Source of the DNA: Hamiltosporidium tvaerminnensis FI-OER-3-3
Lineage: Eukaryota; Fungi; Microsporidia
Direction: 5' to 3'
Length of the DNA stretch: 64,000 bases
NCBI GenBank assembly: GCA_022605425.2
Contig: CM061252.1
Location: forward strand, 372,001-436,000
Both the position numbers and the translations under genes were made by a program. Positions 30,201 to 45,111 of this stretch are shown here, one piece after another (the first letter of the stretch is position 1; every line of letters starts with the position of its first letter). The notes below the pieces were generated by a model. It was not told the origin of the DNA, searched no databases, and saw only the letters and a list, made by a program, of their open reading frames with translations.

Positions 30201-32011
30201 TAGTTTAAGATATTATTTCTGTTATTTAAACAATCGCTATTTAATTATGTAACGAAGATAATAAGAACTTCACTAAACAATTTAAATATTAGAAAAAATA
30301 ATGGTTGTACATTTTTTTATAAAGCCTGTTTCTATAGCGTATAATATGAATTTCTTATGTTTCGCAATCATTATTTTCCAAGGAAAAAAATATTTTAAAG
30401 TCTTTCTAGAATAAACTCAGTAAAGTTTTAGAAGAGTATATTAATTTATTTTTATTTGCTAAAATATTTATATAATTGTTTAACCTAGTATGCAAAATTA
30501 CGGTATTAAACAAAAAAAATTGGTGGCTTGCGTTCTGAGAACGAAAGATTTTATTTTTCATACATAATTTAATTATATAATATAGGAAATCTTATGTTAT
30601 CGAAATAAACAACACATTGAAAATGATTCTTTGCATTACGAAAGTCCTCATTAAAAAATATTTGCAAGATCCCTCAAAGAACATATGCATGAATGTACTG
30701 TATACAGAAATAATCGAAGTAACCATATTAGTTGTAAAAAAATATTTGTAACAGTTAACTACCTAAAATATCATATTATCTATTGTCGATAAATTTATGT
30801 TGATTCAAGTAACCGTTATTTTGGGTATTATCTCACATTTTGATTTTTAAATCAAAGTACACATATTTTTTGCAAAAATTATTAAATTATCACGTTTCTT
30901 AAATTAAAAGAACATAAAATGAAAATTTAACATTTTCTAAAGTCTAAAAAACTCTAAAAATAAAATATTCTAACGAGGAAAAAAATTAAATTAGAATTGG
31001 AAGAACGAACAACTTACTAATGTTGATGTTAAAATTTACACTAAATTTATTATTTCATCCTAAATAATTTGTTACTAGGAAAATCTAATTTTTAATTTAT
31101 ATAAACCTTACACTAGGTTTGCTTTTAGTATATTAACCTAATTCATAATAAATAAAACAATTAGAATCATATTTGATTCTTATAGGTAAGAGCATTAAAA
31201 AAATTAAAGATCTAAAAGGGATTTTAAATGCGCTTTAGAATTTATTTTATAATTAAAACTAAAAAATTCGCGCTTGTTTAATTCTAAAAGAAATTTAAAC
31301 AGAATTCTGCCTATAATATTGCACAAATATTAGTCTATTTATTATGCAAATTTAACTGAGACTCGTTATAACTTAAGTAAAAATAGTTTAAAAACATAAT
31401 TTTTTGTTTTCAGCGATTTAGAACGATTTTATGTCCGTATCTCATAAAATAATTTCAATGTAAATACTTTTAAAAATTGATATATGCCTAATGAAGTCTA
31501 AATAACTGAATTGCAAGCGGCATTTAATACTAAGCAATGAAATTTTATAGTGCGAAACTCATTTCAATATAATATATGATTGGAAAAAATGACAAGAGAT
31601 AATTCTTTATTGGAATATGTAAGCTTTGATCTAACACTCATAAGATAATTCCTTTTTGTAAAAAAATAATTTTTCAAATACACTGTAATTTTAATTCAGA
31701 CGTGATGCCAAGTTAAAACAGCTCTATAACTTTGACTTTTCGTTTTATTTACTACAACCAAATTACGCATTAAATCCTGGTAATTATATTCTGATGGGTT
31801 GATTCAGTACCTATGAACAATAACTCTTTTCTAATATAAGTTTCTTATATAATACACTGGGTGTAATAAGCGTATCTCACCTCGAGTTTTCTGTTTTTTA
31901 AATGGAAGCGAACTATTTGAGCACCCTCTTTGGTTTATGATTTGAGTATCTATCTACAAAAATATGATTATTTTGCGTAGATGCTAGATTTAAGAATTTT
32001 AATATAATTAC

Positions 32012-32737
32012 TTTATTTAAAAGTATCACATCTTTTTTAAAACAGTGGCAAGTGTTATATTTGTTTTCATGACATTAACGCAGTTCTAGGTTTAACATAA
32101 ATGACTGCTACCCCAACACTCTATCAGCATCCCCTGCGATACCTAAATCTCAAAGGCTTTCATCTACCAGGTTTCTAGAACCTAATTAATAGGCGAGGAA
32201 GTTGCTCGGAGTTCGTTAAGTCCTGTTGCATGGAGTGTGATCGAAGGCCGAAGCCCTCCCTGGGCTCCCCCAAGACTATGCAGCATTCCCCTTACTCTAC
32301 ACTTTCTGAACCCAATAAACTTCTAGCTAAGATATATTAAAGAGACTTACATAAAGTCCAGCTAGACAGTGCAATGCCATACCAACAGTATAACCTCTTT
32401 CTTATCTCGTGGATTTAAAGGGGTTTTATTTTTATATCTCCTAGGTACTAATTCTTCTAACCCGAGTGAGCAAGGCTGGGTTTCCATGCTTTTACATGAC
32501 AATTACCTACATGTTCAGCTGCGGTCTGCAATCTGGTTACATAAAAAACTATAAATAAATTTGTAGAAAAAGTTTCTCAATTTCTTATACCGTTCCTCCT
32601 CATAACAACTCCCAATGAACAACCGAAGATTTAGTGTAGTTTTATTCCCACCAAAAATCAAACAATTATATTTACACCAGTTTCAGACACTCATTGCCAA
32701 GCAGAAAGTTTTTTATGTGGTTATCCGCCCTCCACCA
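32012..32737 (-). mobile_element. ~725-bp non-coding element (family L), copy 2, with 13-bp target-site duplication
   Basis: Full-length copy flanked by the direct repeat TTAATATAATTAC at 31999-32011 and 32738-32750. Confidence 0.92.
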
Positions 32738-32862
32738 TTAATATAATTACAAATATAACCAAAAATTATGAACGTATGCTATAAATTTTTTTCTTTGGCT
32801 TCGCATTATGAACTCTTCTTTAACATTATTATGTTATTATCACGAACGCTAGATTCGTAAAC

Positions 32863-33096
32863 CATCTTCATCAGCCCCAAAGCCCTACACGAGCCTTGAT
32901 CGCCTTGAATAATACCGCCTGCTGATATTTTTCTTGTGGGGTTGTTTACCCTTTCGGGTTTCAAAACAAGGTGGTTTTAAGAGGTTGATTTATAATTCTA
33001 CGCTCCACCTTAACATAGAGGAGCGATCCCTTTTGTTCACTTCTTTTGACAAGCAGAGGATACACCAAGCCAAATCTGCTGCTGATGGTAGGAAAA
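32863..33096 (-). mobile_element. RTE-derived bipartite SINE-like element (family S), copy 3, diverged
   Basis: Reverse complement reads TTCCTACC..AGCAGATTTGGCTTGG..CTCTGCTTGTC..AAAAGGGA ... CAAGGCTCGTGTAGGGCTTTGGGGCTGATGAAGATG. Confidence 0.8.
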
Positions 33097-33906
33097 TAAA
33101 TCAAAGTATGGCAATGTATTAGTATTAGATATCTTTTACATATTGAAAAGCCAATTTGGGTTCCGCCTCAAAGCTTTCATAGTTTTTTTATGTAAATATT
33201 GTCTAGATGAAAAACGCCGCATTTGAATTTTTTATACGTAGCTTTGTTTAGAAATATATATTCCCAGAGCTATAGCAGTTTGACATCAGACATTATATCA
33301 ATAAGAAATCATAAAGATATCCGAATTAAAATCTGGTGGTGCTTTGAAATAAATTCATATAAAACTTTTAAAAAAAAACATAGTTCTATATTGATACCTA
33401 TTTTTTTGTAGTTTTTTTAGCATCATTTTTTGATTTTTCTATCGAAATGCTTTAGGATTTTTGCTCATTCCAGCATTCGTCAGATATATTAAACCACTGT
33501 TAAAACATGAAGATTTAATTTAAAATCTTTTCTAAAAAAAATTTGGCTAACTATAAAACGAAAATATTAAACCAAATGTTGCCAAGGCACTATTTTGGTT
33601 TGAACTTAGCCTTTTGGTTTTATGTTTAAAATTTCTGCAAGTAATGCTCACAACATCATTGTTGCTTATTCATTCAGCGCTAAATATAAGAGGTATATAT
33701 TTGGCTAATTTATAGCTTAAACTTTAGAATAATAATAACGACGTTTATAAACAAATGACTTGTTGCTTAAGCTTCTTATTTCAGTGATGTCAAATTGAGC
33801 AAAATATAATAAAAATATCATTTGTTTGTTCAATCTAATAGTTAAATTCTTTGACAGAACAATATTAAAGAATTTCTATATACAGTAGACAAGAAAGAAA
33901 TAGTAC

Positions 33907-34631
33907 TTTTTTTTATAAGAATCACATCTTTTTAAAAGTAGTGGCAAGTGTTATATTTGTTTTCATGACATTAACGCAGTTCTAGGTTTAACATAAATGA
34001 CTGCTACCCCAACACTCTATCAGCATCCCCTGCGATACCTAAATCTCAAAGGCTTTCATCTACCAGGTTTCTAGAACCTAATTAATAGGCGAGGAAGTTG
34101 CTCGGAGTTCGTTAAGTCCTGTTGCATGGAGTGTGATCGAAGGCCGAAGCCCTCCCTGGGCTCCCCCAAGACTATGCAGCATTCCCCTTACTCTACACTT
34201 TCTGAACCCAATAAACTTCTAGCTAAGATATATTAAAGAGACTTACATAAAGTCCAGCTAGACAGTGCAATGCCATACCAACAGTATAACCTCCTTCTTA
34301 TCTCGTGGATTTAAAGGGGTTTATTTTATATCTCCCAGGCGCTAAGTCTTCTAACCCGAGTGAGCAAGGCTGGGTTTCCATGCTTTTACATGACAATTAC
34401 CTACATGTTCAGCTGCGGTCTGCAATCTGTTTACATAAAAAACTATAAATAAATTCGTAGAAAAAGTTTCTCCGTTTCTTAGACCTCTCCTCCTCATAAC
34501 AACTCCCATGGAACAACCGAAGATGTAGTGTGGTTGTATTCCCACCAAAAATTCAAACAATGATCTTCACACCAGTTTCACACACACATTGCCAAGCAGA
34601 AAGTTTTTTATGTGGTAATCCTTCCTCCGCA
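33907..34631 (-). mobile_element. ~725-bp non-coding element (family L), copy 3
   Basis: Full-length copy, near-identical to copy 2 over ~380 bp. Lies ~183 bp downstream of the stop codon of paralog A. Confidence 0.92.
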
Positions 34632-34814
34632 TCAAATTTAGAAAAGGGATTAATTTTTTATATTTGTTCTGTCTATTTTGATTTAAATGATATTTGACTA
34701 ACTTATAAGAGAATGGTCATAAAGACCAAATCATCTAAATAAATATTTTTTATACTGTGAAAAGGGTAAATAAAATTGTTTATAACTAATATTTTAATGA
34801 AATTTAGAAACCAA

Positions 34815-36462
34815 CTACTCTTTAATAGTTGTAACCTCAATACTTAATAGGTTTTCAAGGTTAAAAGTATCGGTTATGCTTTTTATTTTAAATAAAATGC
34901 ATTTCAAAAAGAAGTCACGACATTTCTCCATTTCTTCTTGATCAATTAAGAATATTTTAGTTTTTCCTTTCAGATCTTTCAAAAATTTGGAATATATTTC
35001 TCGGAAAGAATCTAACGAAATATCAAAGGCGTAAATGATCAATTCACCTCTGAAAAGCTTTGATTTCACATAAACTTTGTATATCTCTTGCAAAAAACCC
35101 ACCCAAATATTTCCGTTAGATGATGTTTTTTTGATTATTTTCTCTGTATTGTCCGAAATAGATTCGTATACTTTTCTAATGATTTCACATAAATTATGTT
35201 TATTCTTAGAATTTATTAACTGTTCAGAATAATTCAATAAAAACTCGGGCAAAAAAGGCTTCAAATCGATAAAAGAAATATGAACTACTCGACTTTTATC
35301 AAATATGCCCGCAAAATCTATAAAATGACTTTTAATTTTTTGGGAAAACCCTTATGCCGATATATAATATACTTTCTGAAAGCAAAAATACCGGTTGAAA
35401 CATTTTGAATTCATCCGAAAGAATCGTAGAGAAAAGGAAAGTATGGTTTGACTTTTCTTTTTCTAAACATGTACGAATTTCTGCTGTTCTTGAGCAAAAT
35501 ACGGAAAAGAATTCCATATACTGTGAAGATGTATATTCCTTTAAGAATGGTTCAAAAATATTATCAAGATTATCATTATATTCCAATTTTTGTTACCTAG
35601 ATTGTAATCTTTTATAAACATTGTTTTTTTCTTTCTCTTCTGCTATGCATTCATCCTTTGTTTTTCCAAAAAAGTTAAAGTATAAGTCTTTCTTGGATTT
35701 TATATATAAAAGCTGATAGAATTTAGAAATAAAAATTTCCCCACAATATAATAAAAAAAACCTGGATTTTATAACTTCAATTATATTTAGAACATTTGCC
35801 TCTTTTTTATTATCTTCAACTGCTTTAGCTAATTCCTTCTTATTTTCAGCTTTAAATTTATCACATAACTTGTTCATTTCTTGAGCCAGAACCTTGTAAC
35901 TATCATTTAAAATCATGGAATTGTTGTCGTCACATTGTTTAGCTTTAGAAAATTTATTTTCTAATAAACATTTCAACTTTTCAATTACTAGCGAGCTAAA
36001 CTTAGAAATTACTTTATCGACAAATTCGTCTCTTTTTATCTTTTCCTTTAATAAATACTCTTTGGTTTGTTTATTGACATCTTCAATAAACTTATCTGCA
36101 TTGAGAAAATCAATTGTATCAAAGATGGATTCTTTAACAAGTCTAAATCCGGGTTCAACAATAAAATAAAAATCAAAAAAATCTTGCAGCGAATTCGTAG
36201 TAATAAAACGAAAATTTTTAGTTTTCGGTTGCATGGATGGGTTTACGAAATTACTCATACAATCTGGTGTAAAAGCTTCTATCAGAGACTTTTTTAAATC
36301 TTCTTCCCATTCCTTCGTTAGTTCACTTCCTTTCTTCCTCGTTCCGTAAACAATTCTGCCCATCAGATGCATCGTAATCCAACTGACATTAATATTCGAA
36401 ATACAATTGGTATAAGATATCATCAAAGATACTAAACCTATTATGAACAATGTTCTCCTCAT
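34815..36462 (-). pseudogene. Paralog A of the ~549-aa putative secreted protein family; disrupted
   Basis: Three ORFs (35593-36462, 35332-35586, 34815-35264) are colinear with and highly similar to 49417-51066. Lesions are AAA>TAA at 35593-35595 and a 1-bp insertion near 35352 (CCCTTATG vs CCCTATG). Confidence 0.9.
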
Positions 36463-36510
36463 ATAAATTTTCTATTGAAAGAATATTTATATAGTTTTAT
36501 TTTTAAAACA
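36463..36510 (-). promoter_or_regulatory. Conserved core promoter/initiation region of paralog A
   Basis: Minus strand reads AAAATAAAACTATATAAATATT..GAAAATTTAT-ATG: a TATA-like TATAAAT plus AAATTT next to the ATG, shared with the other paralogs. Confidence 0.6.
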
Positions 36511-39500
36511 ACTTTCTATTTTGGGTTAATTATAAAGAGGCTAGAAATAGAAAATTTAATAACATATTTCCATTCTTGTAGAATGCTTTATAAATTTACA
36601 TCGATTAAAAGGTGAATATTTGAAATAAGATATTGTGTATTAGATATTTTTTTAATATTTAATTTAATTAACAGTTTTTACGAGTAACCGCCTATGTTCT
36701 CAAAAATCTTCTTTAATATTTTGTTTTTTTCAAATTAAATAAATGTCTTATAGCTGTGGGGATATAACATTAACAGGCAGTAAAAAGAATCTATTTTGGC
36801 ATAAATTGGTGTTAAATATTATCTTTAATACAAAATGATGTTAATGGATAGAAATTTAAAAAAAAGAGAACATAGTAAAGATTTTTTGAAAGCGCTCAAA
36901 GGAACAAGAACCAATTTTTAATTAAAAATTTTTTTAAGTTGATAATATTTGAAGCTACAATTATAAAGTAACATATAGTAAAACCTTTTTTTTTCAACTT
37001 AAAGTACAGAATTACTGTAGTGTTCTATAATAAATTTTAATATTTAAAAATATAGTTGTGAATCCGTTCAGACAAAAAAAATTCATTCTTAAAAATAATA
37101 GATTAATTACCAATTTATGCGATAATCGAAAATGCTTTGGGATTGCTAAACAATTATAATACAAATAAGATTTTTTTGATATCTTAAATAGCTAATAAGA
37201 AATTTCCAATTGAAAATTGATATTCTGACTAATTTATTAATTATATTTGACATTCCCAACTGTATATTACAATTTAAATTATATGGCACTTTACATTGTA
37301 CACGAAGAGTATACTAGATATAAATTCTTCTTTGAAAGTAAAATTATTTGAAAGAATTATTTAAAAAATTAGAAAACAAAAATATTTATTGAAATCTCCA
37401 AAAAATGTAAATTTAGACATATTTTTTATAGAGAAGCTTTTAAATATTTTGAATTGTATACGAAATGTATGTAGATATAGTAAACAGAAAAAATTTAAAT
37501 GCAGAATACTTAAACTAGATAGTAGATTTATAAATCTGCTAATCAAATTTATCAAATTGAAATTACAGCTTCATAAACAAATCACGATTCTTGTTATAAA
37601 TATTAGAAAAAAATCGAATAACTAAATTATAGTACATTTTGGATGACATAGTATGAGGGTAAAAAAAATCAATTCAATTCTAAATTGGTGTTTACATAAC
37701 TGTAATCCTTAGTTGCAAGTAAAAAGTGAATCACAATCGTCAAAATTTTAAGAAGCATTAAATGCGAAAAAAAGTTTTAAAAATTTATGAAATTAAAAGT
37801 AAAAACAATATAAAAAGATTGAAGGCTTAAAAAATGAATTACTATACATTATATTTGCTTAAATTTTAAAGTTAACTAAATGTGATTTCTAGTCTTTATT
37901 GGGATTTTACTTTCAGCGAGAATCAATGAATTGGCGATACGGCTTTTATTGTCTATGATTAAACGCATGTCTTTAAATTTAGCTTTACAAAGACATAGAT
38001 TGAATTAAGAGAAATTTAAAAATGATAACGAACAACTTATAAATATGAATTATATTTATATGCGGAGCAATCAACCCATGTTATGTTATTATATTAGTGC
38101 ATTCAGTATCATATGTTTTTTAATCGCTTTGAGATTTTATAGCTATGAAATATTTCTAAAATCTTGAACATTTCATTTAATATTCTAACATAGTGCAAAA
38201 CATAAATTTTGACTATTGTTTTTTTCCTTTGCGCAAATCATAATGATGATGAACAGATAGACAAAGATTGGAAGTCAATAAAGTCTAAAACGATGTCTAA
38301 AGGGTTATAAAAACATTTCACCTCTTAGGCAGCCAACTTACTTATAAATCTTTATAAAAATCATTTGCAGCTAGAATAGCGAATAGGACTTAATTCAGCA
38401 GAATTTTCTAATTCTTATAAAAATTGAAAAAATTAGTAAGATTTAGACAATTTGCTTGTGTATATGTTAATGAAGTAAAAAATATCTAACCCGGTTATAA
38501 ATAATAGAACTTTATTCCTTTCACCGTCGCGGTCTTTATATGAAAAATAGACTAATATTGGAAAATGAAACTACGAACACAAAGATTAAACGTTACAACG
38601 AAGCAATTTTCTTATCTCGAATTGTGATCTAATTAGAGCATTTATAGATACTCATTTCGAAAATTCGTAAGAAACTTTTTTAAGAATCGAATATATAGCT
38701 GAATCAGGCTTTTAGAAGATCTAATAATATTTTTGACCTGTTGAATTTTTTTCCGAACTAAACAAAACACTAGATCAAAACAAAGCAGAATTTCTGTTTG
38801 AATTTAAATTTTTAATATATATATTTAGTTTTGCTTATCTAAATTCAAAAAAAAGGATACAGACAAAGTTATAGCAAGGGTTAATTTGAAATATAGAACT
38901 TTAACTAAACGAAAATAATTACAGAAAATATTGTCTAAAGGCGATTTATGACGCTTTATTTGCCTAATTAATATATTTTTATTTATATTAACATAAAAAT
39001 TGCAATAATTGTTTAAAGTAAAAAAAATTTTTTACACGATAAATAAATATATTATATACCAATTCGCCTATAATAAGTAAATTTTAGAACAAAAGCTAAT
39101 AGATTTATGTAGAGATTATATATTGATTTGATTCTTATAATGTGCAGAATTCAAATAATTGTAGTCTTCACAAATATTTTATCTTACGTTGAAATTTTTT
39201 CCCATATTTATATAATATTTACACTTTAAAAATACAATTTTTAAAACATAATTAACTACATACACGATAAACAGACCTATGAAAAAGAATAAGATAACAC
39301 ATTAATTAGCTGGAATATGTTTTAATAGTAACTTTTCGTGTATAAACTCCCTGATTTTACTTGGTAGTATTTTTTGAGAAAATATGGTGCTTTCTTTAAG
39401 GTTTACAGTTTAGGAATCTTAAAAGCCAATTTAGTTATAATTCGGAAATAATGCAAGATTTTTTTGCTATTTTGTCACCCATTACTACAGCGATAAAATT

Positions 39501-40749
39501 TCTTAAATTTAATGAAAAGTGTTTTTCGTTTATGAAATACCTCTTTTGTAATCACAGTGAAACAAAGTATTGTTTTAAAATTAAAAGATATATTTACCTA
39601 TTAAATTGCAAAAAAAAATTCATTTAGTTGAAAAAATGCGATTAAGATATGTTTTAAAGAGAAAGGTATTATAATAAAAGGTGGGTGATTCACTGCTTGG
39701 CATTTCGCCATATTTTTGTGCTTAGAATCACTTCTACTTTCTCTTTCTCAATTTTTTTTCAAATTTATCTTGTGTATTTAAATGAAGCATTAATTTAAGT
39801 TTCGCTATCCTAATTCGGATTTCAATTATTTTTAGAATCAAAAAACCAACATATTTTTCATGTAAATGTGTGAGGTGTGCGGGTTAAATATGCATATCTG
39901 CTATTTCTATTTAGTTTTTGACATTTTTAAATCTTAGTTGCTTTGAGTAGATATTAATCTTTTTTTGTTAATAAAAAAACCAAATAGTGTATCAAACAGG
40001 TACTAATGAGGCAAGTTGACGTTGTTTTACAGTGTTAAATGCTTTTAGATAAACTTTGGTAACCAAATGTACAAATTACGATCAGATACATTATTAATAA
40101 ACCCTTTTTGTAGTTTAGGCATATAAAATTAATTTACAGACCTCTAAATAACTTTATTCAATTTTAGATCTTCTTGGTAGTAAATACATTATTTGATTGC
40201 CTCTAGTGCATAATATTCTATTTAGTTGGCAAAAAAAAAGATAAATAAAACAACATATTAGGCTTTGAAATTATCATTTGTTATCTATTATATTTTTTTT
40301 ATCACATAGTTTATTACAACTTTTACATTTCCATGGAATTTTTTTTATAAAGAATTATTTATTGAATGAAATGTTTATGAAGTGAAATAGCTTCTAAATT
40401 TCATTCATTTCCTCGCATTAGAGAATTTAAGCTGTCGGTTCCTGGATTCACGGTTACAATAAAAAACACAATGGCAAATGCCAGAGCTTATTCTTTAATT
40501 CTGATAGAATTTTTTTTGAAAGTTTTATTGGTTCTATAGAGGTTTTCTAAAACTAAAAAGAAAAGATGAATTTGTGAATAAAATTTTGGAATCACTTTTC
40601 TAAATTCGTTATTTAGTTTTATGATATATGAGAAGCTTTGTTATGATTCATAGCTTTTTAAATGGCTTTTAACAAAACTCCGAAATCTCTTCTGTTTTTT
40701 TCACGCTTTAGAACTTATCTAGTTAACGCGTGTTTGACAATAAACAATC

Positions 40750-42100
40750 TGAAGTATACAGAACCTACAGGTATCATCGTGTTCAAGATACCAGAAGCCT
40801 TGCTCATTAGAGACTGCATACTAATTCATTAGCCATGCAACTATAGTGTTTAAGCTCTTCTGACGTAAACCCTCTGGATTATCAAAATTTCAGACCACCG
40901 CTTCTTCCACATGTTCTTCTCGTGTTTATATTCGTGTAGTTATCACTGATCTCAATGTTTTTTGTAATAATTACGATAGCTTGGTCTAGGTTTAACTCCT
41001 TCATCGAGAAGTATTCTATATGATGCATATCTTCTAAAAAAAATTTGATAGATTTCGTATGTATAATACCACGGATGGTGAATAACGCGTTGATTTAAAA
41101 AGTTTAACCAGATCTTATAATAAGAAAAAAATGATATATAACCTGTCGTAATGAATACCCTGCGCATGATTTCAAGTATTTGCTATAAAATAAAATTTTA
41201 AATTTATAGTCTTTTTTTTACTAAGATATTACTCGGCTGCGGTAAAGAGCACACATGAAACCATTCCAAAGTATGCTCTTTTGCAATCAACCTCTATTTA
41301 TTGTTCATCAATAAAATGGTAAAGTTTTTTTGTATTATTATCTTAAATCTGGGTTTCTTTTCATCCGAATTAAAGCTTGGTTAGACAAAAGTCTTTTTTG
41401 TTTCAAAAAAAGGTAATGATCGGTTTTTTTGACGTTTTTAACGCACAGGCAAAAAATATCGTTAAAAACTAGCAAGAAGACTTTTATTTCAAGAGGGGAA
41501 TGTTGTGCTATATTGAGCGTGCGCTTAAGACGACTTACTTTCATTATGATCTTTTGAATGGTGGTTTATACTTATTTTTGAGCTGGTGTCTTGTCGGCAG
41601 AAGAAGCTTGTCAGTAAAGAACCGCCCTATCAGTTTATCCCTCTTCCGGAACTTTTTAACAAACTTTCCTTTCCGTATTAGTTTCAAAGTCAATAGAAAA
41701 TGCATCATTCGGTTTTTCCGGAGGAAACGCATAAAGCGACTTGGTTTCTCGTTGAACTTTCGAATTCAACTTTATGTTTTTTCGCAACAGTATTAGTTCA
41801 AACATCCGTAAAATATCTGTTTCAATTGGAAACTTTTTGAGTTTTTAGTATTCTCTTTGCCTTCTTGTGGCTTCTGGCAAAAACATAGCACGAATGTTTT
41901 TGCATTTTATACAGAACGAAAAAGGTACTCATTAGAACCTAATACTATACTTTTTATGCGATAATCAGGTTCACTTCTTGTATGCAAACTTTTTAATTTT
42001 TCCTGATATACCGCACTTTTTCTCTGCGCTCTTATATATTTTCAGAAGGCTACGAACAAGCTCAACTGAACTCTTCTGTGGATTTTTCGGGGTGCTGCGT
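40750..42100 (-). pseudogene. Possible decayed protein-coding region of unknown family
   Basis: Locally higher GC and purine-rich minus strand with several short co-oriented ORF fragments (40952-41167, 41338-41544, 41544-41732). No recognisable domain. Confidence 0.3.
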
Positions 42101-45091
42101 TAGTTATTAAAAGAGTTCTTTAATTTCATTATGAGGTCCGGATAATATTTCTATAAAATCGCAAACACTTTTACAAGGAAAATTCATATTTTACTTATTT
42201 GCAGAAAGAAGCAAGTACGAGATTACATTACTTCTGACTAATACAACAATAGCGATAATAATAAAGTACAGGCTGTTGCGAAAATATCAACAAAAATGTA
42301 AGTATGAAGGACACTGTTTCCAATATATCTTCTTCTTTGCTTTTTTTGCATTTGTGCTTTTAAGGTAGTGTTTTTTATATTTTGAAAAAGCAAATTCGCA
42401 TTTTATTGTTAAGAAGTTATCATATAATATCTTTATAACAAATATTTTATGATTAATTGAAAAAGCGTTTTTTATTAATAATATTTCATAATGTTTGTTT
42501 TTTCATTTATTTAATAAAGATATGCAATGAATTTTGACTTTTATAAGTGTTATCTAATTATTTTATTATTGATCTTTTGATATAATAAATTAAATGTCCA
42601 ATAAAGATTCGCATTTTCTAAAGAATACATTTGTAGGCTTCTATAAAATATATTACATCCTACTTTAATATTTCAAATATTACATTGGTGTATCATATGT
42701 TTCTAATGTTTTTTCTATGTATTTCTTCTTATGATCCTTCCTTTTTCATAGATTATGCAGTTTAAAAAGAAATTTAATTTTTTTTTGAATTTTTATACGA
42801 GTTGCTTTTGCAATACTTAGTACTTAATCTCTTGCAAAAATGGATTCTATCTAAAATTTATACAGAAAAAAAAATAACTTTTCGGCCAATATTTAGCCAA
42901 AAAATTTACAAAGATTAACTTAATTAAAACTAAAATTTAATAAAAATATAGCTATTCCGATCCTTATAAGTTTTTAATAGCATCATGCTTTTTACTTCAA
43001 CCCGTGCATTCATTGAAACAATTTCACTCTAAAAAAACGAATTGTTTTAAAAAGAGTCATATTAAGCTGGTTTAGATCTTAGAATTATCACAAACTAGAT
43101 GGTTATTGGAACTACTCTTCAATAGATATATTTTACTAAATATTTTTTAAATCTACGAAATATAAATCTTTCTTTGTAATTATGAAATTTTTAATTCTTC
43201 TGATGACGATTCCTATCATTTTCTATCTTCATCGTCATTTTTTACAAAGTAGATAAACTGTAATGAATTTACTTCATGTTTTGAACGGTGCATTCAGATA
43301 GTCTAGGTCTTTACGCGCAAGCATTTTTATCGGTAAAGACTTTTATAAATCCATTGGGTTATAAAGCCCATGTTATATATTTGTTTCAGCTTATTACACT
43401 TTCTTGAAATTTATTACCTAAACGAAATGTTTCGATAGAAATATTAGCTGATTATTTGTTTGTTTCTCTGTAGTTTATTCATTGTGTGGTTATGATGAAG
43501 ATTTAGGCTATAAACTCTTTTAAATGTCTTTTGCGAGTTTATTCTATTTTTGGTTATCCTTTTCTTTTGAACTTGCGTATTTGAATTGCAATTATGTTCG
43601 TATTTAACTCAAATATTAAGATGTTTATATAATTTCTGAAAGTTTATTAAAATTACTTATTAATAAAGTGTTTTACCTTGGAAACGAATAATTATTTAAA
43701 TTAAATTATGAGATTAACTCTTCCGAATGTAAATCTTTTTAGCATTGCTAAATATCAAAGTATACTTTTTATACTGTAATCCATACCAGAAATTCGAAGC
43801 AATATTTGTTTTCATATGTGTAACTTTGGTGATCTACTCATTTTATCAAGATTTAAACTTTATTCCATGGTTTGAAATACCCATACTGGTTTTATTCACC
43901 AGAGAATGACAATCATGTTAGTTTTTCATATGCTCTATCATTGCCACATCTTTTCTTGATGAAAATCGTTAAATTTCCAGTTTCTGAAAAAACTCAACTC
44001 TGTATTTATTAGTTAGAATCACTTAATATCCGAAAATTATTTGCCTTTAAGATGTACTTCAAGCTTACAGATAAATTTTAATTGTTAAAAATGGGCATAT
44101 ATATAATCGAAATTATTGTTAGTAAATTTTGCCATAAAATTTTAAAAATCTTTCTGTTAATATTTTAGTATAACCGATCTTAGCTTAGGTTTATGTATGC
44201 CATCTTTGCGCGTCAATAATCTATTAGATCTTATATTGTTCCTTTGCTGTTTTATACCATATAGAAAATATAAACCGTTTTGGCTCTCTAATATTTTTAG
44301 AAGCAGTAACTATACTTTATTTTTTACATACTTTGTTAAAACCTAGATTTAATTAGTGCTCGATATTGCGAAGATGCTTATAATATAAATACATTGCTCC
44401 AAATAATTTTTTACACATTAGTTTAAAATACAAATATCATAGTCTAGTAGTAAATAAATTATTAGAAAATCAAGTTTTGGTCTTATAAAATCTAGATTTT
44501 ATGAAAAATATAAATATTTATAGAGATTTATGGTTTTTTTAATTAAACATTTTCTAACAGGTTATATCGCATGTATTCGTAATGTTAAACTGTGTTTTTA
44601 GACCGATTCTGTATTTTTGTTCAATGGCAAATGTTTTTCAGAGTCTTTAACCTGCGTTCGACTTAAGGGTGCAGGAATTCATTTTTTTGTTATTGCTAAA
44701 AAAAATATAATACTTAAACTAAACTGAAAATTCATATTTATAGTTACGGTGTAAATTTAAAAACCAATTTGTATTTGGAAGAGTATTTTTTATGAAAGGC
44801 ATCGATATTCAAATCATTGGTATAGAAAAAATTAGTCAATGTTTTTCTTCGCAAATGATTCATTCTATTACGAATTGGTACTGCTAGTTTTTATGAAGAT
44901 TTTTTATATTTTTGCATATGATGGTTCTAAATTCATTGATATCGCACTCATAAAAAATGCCGCTTTTAAAGTTATCTTTTTATCTAGATTCCTTGATTGT
45001 TTAGGTTTTTATTCTAAAAAAACCATAATATTAAAAACAGACGTGTTTCTACATTTTTCATAATTGAGGATTTCTCTCCTTGGATTGCAAT

Positions 45092-45111
45092 GTCTTGTCT
45101 TGTCTTGTCTT
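45092..45111. repeat. (TGTCT)4 microsatellite
   Basis: tgtcttgtcttgtcttgtctt is visible in the sequence. Confidence 0.8.

Noticed and set aside
700-32000. Alternative genetic code or many real small genes explaining the short ORFs
   Set aside because: The 549-aa gene and RT fragments read normally in the standard code. The 60-114-aa F/I/K/L/N-rich ORFs are what AT-rich DNA yields by chance.
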